A stretch of 64,000 nucleotides of DNA. It comes from an uncultured bacterium (GTDB lineage: Bacteria > Verrucomicrobiota > Verrucomicrobiia > Verrucomicrobiales > DEV007). Each line of letters begins with the position of its first letter. Positions within the stretch are counted from its first letter, which is position 1. The position numbers and the translations under genes are program-made. The DNA is taken from assembly GCA_963977015.1 (NCBI GenBank), contig CAXBMO010000017.1:64001-128000 (forward strand), in the 5' to 3' direction. Under the pieces are notes generated by a model, which saw only the letters and a program-made list of their open reading frames with translations, was not told the DNA's origin and searched no databases. Shown here piece after piece: positions 57,101 to 64,000 of this stretch.

Positions 57101-58951
57101 TGCTCCGAGCAACTGCAGCTCGTTGCCGCCTTCAACCACCTCCACATTTTCATCGATCCCAACCCGGACCCTGCGACGAGCTTTGCCGAACGCAAACGCC
57201 TGTTCGAAGAAGTCGCCGGATGGGGAAACTATGATACCGACCTCCTTTCGGAAGGCGGGGCGATCTACTCGCGCGAACAAAAGGTGATCGAGCTTTCCCC
57301 TCAAGCGAAGGAACGCTTCCAGATTGAAGCCGACAAACTCACTCCCGCCGAACTCATCACCCAACTGCTCAAGTCGAAAGTCGATTTGCTCTGGAATGGC
57401 GGTATCGGAACCTTCGCCAAAGCCTCCCACGAATCGCACGAAGACGCGGGCGACCGCAACAACGACGGACTCCGCGTCGATGGGAAGGACCTGCGCTGCC
57501 GGGTCATCGGCGAAGGCGGGAATCTCGGCTTCACCCAACTGGCGCGGGTCGAATTCTGCCTCAACGGCGGCTCCTGCAACACCGACTTCATCGACAACTC
57601 TGCCGGCGTCGATTGCTCCGATCACGAGGTCAATCTCAAGATCCCGCTCAACCGCATGATCGCCGAAGGCTCCATGACGCGCGAAAGCCGCAATGAGCTT
57701 CTATTTGGAATGACCGACACGGTCGGAGCGCTCGTCCTCCACAACAACTATCGCCAAACCCGCGCCATCAGCCTTGCGCAAGCACAATCCGCCAAGCGCA
57801 CCGTCGAATACATCCGCCTGCTCGAACACTGGGAGCGGCGGAATGCCATTGACCGCAAACTGGAGGGGCTCCCCGATAACGAAGCTCTCGCCGAGCGAAT
57901 TTCCCGGGGCCAGGCCCTCACCCGCCCCGAACTTGCCGTCCTGATTGCCTACAACAAGTCCATGTTGAAACAGGAGTTGGTCGCATCCGACGTCCCGGAC
58001 GATCCCTTCATGTCACGAATCGCGGAGCAGGCGTTTCCGGCGCAGTTTGTGGACCAATATCGCGAGCAACTCAACCAGCACCAGCTTCGCCGCGAAATTG
58101 TCGCAACCCAATGGGCCAACGATATGGTGAACCTGATGGGGCCGAGCTTTGTTTATCGGCTGGAAGAGTCCACCGGCGCGACTTCGGCAGAAATTACCCG
58201 CGCCTATGCTGCCGCTCGTGAAATTTTCTCATTTGGCGAGCTTTGGCCCCGAATCGAAGCGCTCGATTTCCAGGTTGAACCCAAAATCCAGCACCTCATG
58301 ATGTACGAAGTCAGCCGACTCGTGCGTCGCGGAAGCCGCTGGCTCGTTCGCAATTGCCGGGAAGAACTCAGCGACCTGCCCGCCCTCGTGAAGCGATTCC
58401 GCCCTGGAGTTCAACAAGTTGCGTATTCCATCCACAGTCTGCTACACGACGCCGCCCTGAAAAACTGGGAGAAAAATTTCCGCCAGTTTACCAAAGCAGG
58501 CGTTCCGGAAGATCTGGCCTCCACTATTTCGGCTTCCAGCGGACTCTACTCCTCATTCGGCGTCATTTTTGCAGCAGAACAAACCCAGGAACCTGTCGAT
58601 GATGCCGCACACGTCTATTATTCCGCCAGCGACTACCTCGATCTCCACTGGCTTTCCTACCGCATTCGCGATCTGAAAGTGGAGGATCACTGGCAGGCTC
58701 GCGCTCGCGAATCCTTCCGGGACGAGCTGCATATCCAGCAACGCAAGCTCACGATCAATATCATGCGAAATTCGACGGAAGAGAGCCCCGACGACCGCAT
58801 CCTGAACTGGATCCAGCCACGCCGACACTACGTCGACCGCTGGAAGGTGGTTTTGGAAGAGTTTCGCGCCGCCGGAAGCCGCAATTACTCCATGTATCCG
58901 GTCGTTTTGCGAGAACTCGCGGTCTTGGTGGAATATACCGAGGACTCCTGA
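54140..58951 (+). CDS. gdhB: Large NAD-specific glutamate dehydrogenase
   Basis: About 1600 aa; RGGLRWSDR, LVKAQQVKN, PVGAKGGF, YLVVAADKGTA, GYDHKKMGITA, GEGGNLG, DNSAGVDCSDHEVN. Confidence 0.96.
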   Translation: MSSTPETKEELVHDFVARAASECGSVSPAIAGTFAQRFFQFVPYSDSATGQNGSLVDSAIAVLNEYAAYRGDTAQISVLKKSGKQGESSLIVVVQPDVPFLVDSIRMELNRRDLPVRSILSVILNAERAPDGSLLDLKANSNDANHCESAICVETSALVDPEEIADLKAGLDSVLQDLQLAVTDFPTMRERALAEAANLKQTSFGQNSAEIAEAEEFLRWLADDHFVFLGYDEHQILEEDGHRVLQPSPDSALGTMKRHRKLRHWVLDALSVEARNFIETPRILNFVNSTHRSRIHRPVYPDYITVKRFDESGEIVSACRFLGLFTSSVYNELPSEIPVIRRKVANVLDKSTFALGGHYQKALVGVLNAYPRDAMFQASENEIFETAMGIVQVQETPRVRLFLRRNPYGRFFYCKVFVPKSVYHSELRQKIERHLCKRLRADDVELSMHMGEGELVRLRFVLRVPSVEQFDVDVRELEQEVVTIAQSWDDAFLATLRSQYDSSTADSRFRTYHQAFPASYREHFSPQIALRDLESIAQLDQGSELALTLETHPENENHLSFRLFQKGTPVPLSDVLPILENMGLRANSEHPYHIRRAEGTEIWIHDFHLIPSLAVKLETTKVAELFRDAFVNTWRGLAENDGFNALILGACVSWREVAMLRAYARYNHQAKFGFGTVFTSETLARHINVSCLLADFFEARFNPDFKGRKKAQTLIEGRILESLDQVPSLNEDRVLRRFLEMMQATIRTNFYQLTEDGSPKDYLSFKLDPSRVPGLPFPRPAYEIFVYSPRFEGIHLRGGKIARGGLRWSDRPEDFRTEVLGLVKAQQVKNAVIVPVGAKGGFVAHQLPTHDRGAMMEEGKACYRNFLRGLLDLTDNLAPDGSIVPPARVERHDPDDPYLVVAADKGTATFSDIGNSISEEYGFWLGDAFASGGSEGYDHKKMGITAKGAWVSVQRHFCELGIDVQREPITVVGIGDMAGDVFGNGMLCSEQLQLVAAFNHLHIFIDPNPDPATSFAERKRLFEEVAGWGNYDTDLLSEGGAIYSREQKVIELSPQAKERFQIEADKLTPAELITQLLKSKVDLLWNGGIGTFAKASHESHEDAGDRNNDGLRVDGKDLRCRVIGEGGNLGFTQLARVEFCLNGGSCNTDFIDNSAGVDCSDHEVNLKIPLNRMIAEGSMTRESRNELLFGMTDTVGALVLHNNYRQTRAISLAQAQSAKRTVEYIRLLEHWERRNAIDRKLEGLPDNEALAERISRGQALTRPELAVLIAYNKSMLKQELVASDVPDDPFMSRIAEQAFPAQFVDQYREQLNQHQLRREIVATQWANDMVNLMGPSFVYRLEESTGATSAEITRAYAAAREIFSFGELWPRIEALDFQVEPKIQHLMMYEVSRLVRRGSRWLVRNCREELSDLPALVKRFRPGVQQVAYSIHSLLHDAALKNWEKNFRQFTKAGVPEDLASTISASSGLYSSFGVIFAAEQTQEPVDDAAHVYYSASDYLDLHWLSYRIRDLKVEDHWQARARESFRDELHIQQRKLTINIMRNSTEESPDDRILNWIQPRRHYVDRWKVVLEEFRAAGSRNYSMYPVVLRELAVLVEYTEDS

Positions 58952-59040
58952 ATCCGGAAAATCCTGACCCTGATCTTCGTGTAGCATCAGGATTTCCCTT
59001 AGCGCGCCGTTCTCGGCGACAGGGAAAGTTTTTAAAAAAT

Positions 59041-59075
59041 GAAACAACCTCCCCGTAGAGGTTGTTTTCTTTTTT
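59041..59075 (+). terminator. Rho-independent terminator after the GDH gene
   Basis: AAACAACCTC-CCCGTA-GAGGTTGTTT followed by a T-rich run. Confidence 0.7.
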
Positions 59076-59224
59076 GAAAATGCATTGACTTCCTTGGCAC
59101 TGGTCCACTACAAGGCACCTTGATAGGCAAGCGAGGAAAGCGAGCCAACATTCCAACCAACTATTTAGACAGGCTCATCCAACTCTTCGGAGATTTTGTG
59201 GCGGGGGAGATGACCTGGGGCGCA

Positions 59225-61888
59225 ATGCAACAACTCAACAGGTCTACTCTTGGCATTCCAGTCTACGTTTCCGCAGGCATTTTGCTGCTGCTGGCTGGAC
59301 TCAATGCTCAGGAGGCAACGAAACCGCCCGCAGAAGCGTCAGCGGCCACGGAGACCGCGGTTCCCCTCCCCTCCAAACACGAAAAACGGAATGTCGAGAT
59401 GAGCCTGTTTCCCAAACCGGGAACCAAGCGGGGAATCATCACGGTCTACACACCGGACGAAGGTGTCGGAGAAGCCGCTCCAGACGACGAAGGCGAAGAG
59501 CGTAAGTCACTTCTGGCAGAAGAATGGCGACCGGAACACCTGTCCACGCCATCCAACATCGATTACCAACTTCCCGGATTGGATCAAATTGGGCTGGTTG
59601 CCGAATCCCCAACCATCAACATCGACACGATCAAGTTTGAGGGAAACACGGTCTTCACCGACTCCGAAATTGAGGAGGCCATTCGTGAAGCGATTGGCGA
59701 TTATCGCGAACATCCCCTGAGCAGTGAAGACATTGAGGCTGCCCGCATTGCCACGACCAAACTGTATATCGCGGAAGGTTACGTGAACTCCGGAGCTTTG
59801 GTTCCCGATCAGGACCTTCAGGACGGCAGCCTGACCCTGAAAATCGTGGAAGGTAAATTGAGCGATGTCCGAGTGATTCGTCGCCCCCGGGAATCTGAGA
59901 TCAAGAAACTGACTTTTTCAGGAAACGTCGCGATCCCAGATGAGGATCTGGAAGTGGTCGCCTTGGAGGTGCTGCAAGGAAAGACCATTCCGCTATCACC
60001 TAACGACACCGCCATCCTCCTGAGAAAACTCAGCGAAGTTTACTTTGCGCAAGGATTCCGAGATTCGGGAGCCCTGATTCCCAAACGTTCCTGGCTGGGC
60101 TCCGCCTTGGCAGTTCAGATCATCGAGGGCGAATCGGTCGAAACACCGGTCGAGTCCGAAACGGAGACGGACGAAAACGAGACGACCGGCGGTAACCGAG
60201 GCATCACGGTGGTGGAGACTGACGCCACCTTGCCCGCTGCGGCATCCGAGGAACCTGAGGAGGTCGAAGTTGAAGTCATCACGCCTCCGAGCTCCAAATT
60301 CGCATTCGAAGGCAACGAGGCCTACTCGGATGAGGAGCTCAAACTTGCCGTGGCTGAAAAAGTTGAATTGATCGTGGAGTCTGAGATTCGGTCCTACACG
60401 GCGGAGGAAATTCTTTCCGCGCAGGAAGCCATCAACGGTTTCTATGCTTCCGAAGGATACGTTCATTCAGGCGCCCTCCTCCCCACCTTCAACGAGGATG
60501 AAGAGACGGTGACGTTTCGGATTGTGGAAGGCGAACAGAAGCCGGCCAAAGAGCACAAATGGATGCGAGACCGTTTTTACAGCAAGCGCCTCAAATCCGT
60601 TTCCGACGGCACCTTCAACATGACCAAGGTGCAACGCCGATTGGAATTGCTGACCCTTTCGCCCCACGTCAGCCGCATCAACGCAGAAGTCAAACCAACG
60701 GCCGAGCAGGGAGATGCGTATCTGCAACTCACGGTGAAGGAGAATTTTCCGATCCAGGGAGGCATCGATTTTCACAACCATCGCCCCGTCAGCGTCGGCT
60801 CGGAACAGATCGAAGCCTGGATCCTTCATCAAAGCCTTCTGGGATTCGGAGACCGGCTCTACCTGACCTACGGCCTCCTCAACGGCGGGCTGGATGAAGC
60901 CGACTATGCAGGTTTCGACAACTACGGAGTCGAATACCGCGTCCCCGTTACCGGTCGGGATACGACGATTTTTGCCTCGTATCGACAAAGCAGCTACACC
61001 GTCATTCAGGAACCCTTCAACGAGTTGGACATCGGCGGGAGCAGTTCGACCTGGCACCTCGGAATCGAACAACCCTTGTTCCGCTCGCCGCGCAATGAAC
61101 TGATCGCCTCAGCCCAATTCGACCGCATTCACAGCGAAACGCTCGTGCTCGGGATTCCGTTCAGCGTCACGCCCGGAGCGATTGACGGCGAAATCGACAT
61201 TTCCATGTTCCGCGCCTCGCTCGACTGGGTGACGCGCAGTCGCAATCAGGTCCTGGCCCTGAGAATGTCGGGTTCCATGGGCGTGGACTGGTTTGGGTTG
61301 GAAACGACAGACGATGGCACAGACTTGGACAATGACTTCGTGATCGGCCAACTCCAGGGACAGTATATCCGTCGTCTCAGCGGATCCGCCCCCAAACCGA
61401 GCGAAGCCGATGACGCGATGGATCAGAACGAGAAGGACCGAAAGGCCTTGCTGGGCAAACTCTGGGAGCGCGATTTCCAGCTTCTGTTGAAAGGTGGCCT
61501 CCAGGTTACGGATACCGAATTGCTTTCTCCGGTTCAATGGACCGTTGGCGGCGTCAATACAATCCGCGGCTATCGCGAAAACTCGATTGTCCGTGACCTG
61601 GGTTACTATGGATCGGTAGAGTTCCACATTCCCTTGATCCAGGGGCGCTCAGGCCGGGAGATCGTCCGATTGATCCCGTTCTTTGACGTTGGCGGCGCCT
61701 GGAGCGGTGGTCAGGATCTGCCGGCCGATCAGGTCGATCTCTACAGTGCAGGATTGGGGTTTCTACTATCACCGTTCGAACACAGCCAACTTGAAATGTA
61801 CTGGGGGCATCCATTCACAGATTTGGGACAACCCAATGAATCGCTTCAGGATGATGGCATTCACTTTAAGGCAAGCCTCCAATTTTGA
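59225..61888 (+). CDS. TpsB (ShlB/FhaC/HecB) outer-membrane transporter with extra POTRA domains
   Basis: Signal peptide LNA|Q; repeated F.GN...Y...G...SGA..P...I(V/I)EG units; GGVNTIRGY motif; C-terminal Phe. Start could be 59210. Confidence 0.9.
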   Translation: MQQLNRSTLGIPVYVSAGILLLLAGLNAQEATKPPAEASAATETAVPLPSKHEKRNVEMSLFPKPGTKRGIITVYTPDEGVGEAAPDDEGEERKSLLAEEWRPEHLSTPSNIDYQLPGLDQIGLVAESPTINIDTIKFEGNTVFTDSEIEEAIREAIGDYREHPLSSEDIEAARIATTKLYIAEGYVNSGALVPDQDLQDGSLTLKIVEGKLSDVRVIRRPRESEIKKLTFSGNVAIPDEDLEVVALEVLQGKTIPLSPNDTAILLRKLSEVYFAQGFRDSGALIPKRSWLGSALAVQIIEGESVETPVESETETDENETTGGNRGITVVETDATLPAAASEEPEEVEVEVITPPSSKFAFEGNEAYSDEELKLAVAEKVELIVESEIRSYTAEEILSAQEAINGFYASEGYVHSGALLPTFNEDEETVTFRIVEGEQKPAKEHKWMRDRFYSKRLKSVSDGTFNMTKVQRRLELLTLSPHVSRINAEVKPTAEQGDAYLQLTVKENFPIQGGIDFHNHRPVSVGSEQIEAWILHQSLLGFGDRLYLTYGLLNGGLDEADYAGFDNYGVEYRVPVTGRDTTIFASYRQSSYTVIQEPFNELDIGGSSSTWHLGIEQPLFRSPRNELIASAQFDRIHSETLVLGIPFSVTPGAIDGEIDISMFRASLDWVTRSRNQVLALRMSGSMGVDWFGLETTDDGTDLDNDFVIGQLQGQYIRRLSGSAPKPSEADDAMDQNEKDRKALLGKLWERDFQLLLKGGLQVTDTELLSPVQWTVGGVNTIRGYRENSIVRDLGYYGSVEFHIPLIQGRSGREIVRLIPFFDVGGAWSGGQDLPADQVDLYSAGLGFLLSPFEHSQLEMYWGHPFTDLGQPNESLQDDGIHFKASLQF

Positions 61889-61896
61889 CCTCCCGA

Positions 61897-64000
61897 ATGA
61901 TCCGCTCCTCCACGCTATCCATCCTGCTAAGCTGCGTCCTGCCATGGCTCCTTGGCATCACTTCTGGAGGAGCCCAATCTCCAGCACAGGCACAAACCAC
62001 GCCTACCCAATATTACGAAGCAGCTACCGCCGCCTTTCAGAAGGGTAATCACAAGGAAGCAATCCAGGGATTCTACGCAGCCTCCAAAGGATTTTCCGAC
62101 GCCAAGGACTTCGTCTCCCAAGCCAATGCGATGGGAAATCTCGCCATCGCGATGCATGCAACCGGGAACTATCGGTTGGCGTTCACCACTCTGGATCAGG
62201 CGCTCAATCTCGCTCGCGATCTCAAGGATGAAGATCTCATCAGCCAACTTCGCGGGATCGCAGGCTCCATCAGTACCTTCTCCCGAAGGGCCGGCGATGC
62301 CCAACGCATGCTGGAATTCAGCATCACCCAAACCCGGAAAACCGATGATTCCGATGCTCTCGCGCTCCTCCTCCACGATTATGGCGTCATGTGGGCTGGG
62401 AGAGGCCGAACCGAAGAAGCAACCAAGGCGTTTGATGAAACCCTGGAGCTTTGTGAGAAGCAACAGCTCACCGACCTCAAGGTCAAGACGCTGGCAAATC
62501 GCGCCATGATGTATCTCAACCTCGCCCTTGAACAATTCGATTTGATGGAGATTCGAGGGGAAGAGGACTTCTACTATACGCGTTACCTCGATGCGTATGA
62601 AACCCACCTTCAGAATTGCCTCGATTCCGTCATGACTGCTCAAAAGAGCCTGGGTTCGGTCAGTGGGACTTATGACAAGTCGATCATCGCAACCACTCTT
62701 GGCGATTGCTATCGCACGATGTTGGAGAAGAAGGCCGCCAATTCATCGAAGAGCGCTGAAGAAGCACTGGCGATGTATCAACTGGCGATCAAGTCCGCGA
62801 AGGAAGCCGGCAACCCTCTCGCCCTCAGTTACGCCCTCGGCGCGATGGGCCGCCTCTACGAAGAGCGCCAGCGCTACCCCGAAGCCCTTGCCCTCACTCG
62901 CGAAGCTCGTCGCCTTGCCCAGGAACTCTCGACTCCTGACATTCTCTTCGAATGGTCCTGGCAATCCGGCCGCATCCTCAAAGCGGTGAACCAAATCGAG
63001 GAAGCCAAGAAAGCTTACGAAGCAGCCAAGCAAACCCTCGACCCCATCCGCCACGACCTGGCGATAGGCTACGGCAACCGCAATCTCGGACGCTCCTTCC
63101 GCGAAGCCGTGGGGGCGTTCTATTTCGAGCTCGCGGAAATCTACCTGGACGAGTCCCGACAAACCACGGAGTCGAATCAAGAGATTCTCAAGAACGCCCG
63201 CGGAATCGTTGAGTCCCTCAAATCCGCGGAATTGGAGGACTACTTTCAAGATGACTGCGTCAACATCGCGCTCGGCAAACGCAAAGACATTGATGAAACC
63301 CTGAAAGACGATCCCAGGACCGCCATTATCTATACCATCCCTCTCGTTCAAGGAACCGCGACACTGGTAACGATTGGCGATCGCATTCACTTTGCCCGGT
63401 CCGAAATTTCCGGACGTGACCTTCAACGGGAAGCCCTTCGGATGCGCGACTTCATCGTTCGCCCCGAAGCATCCTACTACGACTATCAGGGCCCCGCGCA
63501 AAAACTCTACGACGCGATCATCCGGCCGATCAAACCGCTCCTCGACAAGAATGCTATCGAAACCTTGGTTTTCGTTCCCGACGGTGCCCTCCGGACGGTC
63601 CCAATGTCCGCGCTCCATGATGGGGAAAAGCATTTGATTGAAGACTATGCCGTCGCCATCACCCCGGGCTTGACTCTGATGGATCCCAAAGAGATTCCGA
63701 CCGGCAATGCCGAGGTCTTGGTGGGGGCATTGAGCGAAGCGCGTCACGGTTTTTCGGCCCTCCCCTACGTGGAACGTGAAGTCGAAAAAATCACAACCCA
63801 ATCTCAATCGGCAGCCTTTAAGGACGGCAACATTCTCCACAACGAGCGCTTTTTGAAAGGCCAGCTTCAGAACTCGGTCAAGGAAGGCACGTTCACCATC
63901 GTCCACATCGCCTCTCATGGCGAATTCCAACGAGAGAGTGGAAACTCCTTCTTTCTAACATGGGATGGTAAGCTCACGCTCGACGAGTTGGAGGCGATGA
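61897..64000 (+). CDS. Signal-peptide TPR + CHAT (caspase-like) domain protein, truncated by the window end
   Basis: Not in the ORF track (no stop). Hand translation: MIRSSTLSILLSCVLPWLLG..., TPR helices, LKSAELEDYFQDDC, LVFVPDGALRTVPMSALHDG, VHIASHG. Confidence 0.9.
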   Translation, partial: MIRSSTLSILLSCVLPWLLGITSGGAQSPAQAQTTPTQYYEAATAAFQKGNHKEAIQGFYAASKGFSDAKDFVSQANAMGNLAIAMHATGNYRLAFTTLDQALNLARDLKDEDLISQLRGIAGSISTFSRRAGDAQRMLEFSITQTRKTDDSDALALLLHDYGVMWAGRGRTEEATKAFDETLELCEKQQLTDLKVKTLANRAMMYLNLALEQFDLMEIRGEEDFYYTRYLDAYETHLQNCLDSVMTAQKSLGSVSGTYDKSIIATTLGDCYRTMLEKKAANSSKSAEEALAMYQLAIKSAKEAGNPLALSYALGAMGRLYEERQRYPEALALTREARRLAQELSTPDILFEWSWQSGRILKAVNQIEEAKKAYEAAKQTLDPIRHDLAIGYGNRNLGRSFREAVGAFYFELAEIYLDESRQTTESNQEILKNARGIVESLKSAELEDYFQDDCVNIALGKRKDIDETLKDDPRTAIIYTIPLVQGTATLVTIGDRIHFARSEISGRDLQREALRMRDFIVRPEASYYDYQGPAQKLYDAIIRPIKPLLDKNAIETLVFVPDGALRTVPMSALHDGEKHLIEDYAVAITPGLTLMDPKEIPTGNAEVLVGALSEARHGFSALPYVEREVEKITTQSQSAAFKDGNILHNERFLKGQLQNSVKEGTFTIVHIASHGEFQRESGNSFFLTWDGKLTLDELEAM

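Noticed and set aside
56501-57625. 374 aa ORF antisense to the GDH gene
   Set aside because: Shadow of the conserved catalytic region.
61927-63930. ORF-track calls in the last 2 kb (238, 185 and 395 aa)
   Set aside because: All overlap the real TPR-CHAT frame from 61897, which the track missed because it has no stop in the window.
1-64000. CRISPR arrays, tRNA/rRNA genes, prophage or transposase genes
   Set aside because: None recognised on reading the intergenic regions; a covariance-model scan would be needed to exclude small RNAs.

Overview
Gene-dense bacterial chromosome segment, probably from Verrucomicrobiota (inferred from a PTPDL-like protein, a planctomycete-type cytochrome c/WD40 protein, Ala(-1) prepilins and a candidate TGTTC-N4-GAACA LexA box). 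It carries housekeeping and repair genes (mpg, tpiA, recN, dnaE2, bioA, hisB, tsaB, lhr, folE2, rpsR, rpmG, large NAD-GDH), a sugar-acid/glucosylglycerate cluster and a near-complete type II secretion operon (gspE-M, gspD). At the right end, a TpsB (ShlB/FhaC) gene is followed by a signal-peptide TPR-CHAT protease gene that runs off the window. No rRNA, tRNA, CRISPR array or transposase was recognised. Main observations: (1) a MotA/TolQ-type motor operon with two different single-TM partner subunits, only one keeping the proton-carrying Asp, next to an exported cytochrome c-WD40-coiled-coil protein; (2) a toxin-antitoxin cassette between two versions of the dnaE2 3' end; (3) a palindromic element translated in frame inside dnaE2; (4) a run of Cys-poor, probably zinc-free dksA-rpmG-rpsR genes plus folE2; (5) a gspD whose signal peptide and N0 domain lack a canonical start codon; (6) a solo HEPN/AbiU2-like gene beside REP-like hairpins, and a MITE family whose ends coincide with stop codons. 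All family calls come from motif recognition by eye; no database search was run.
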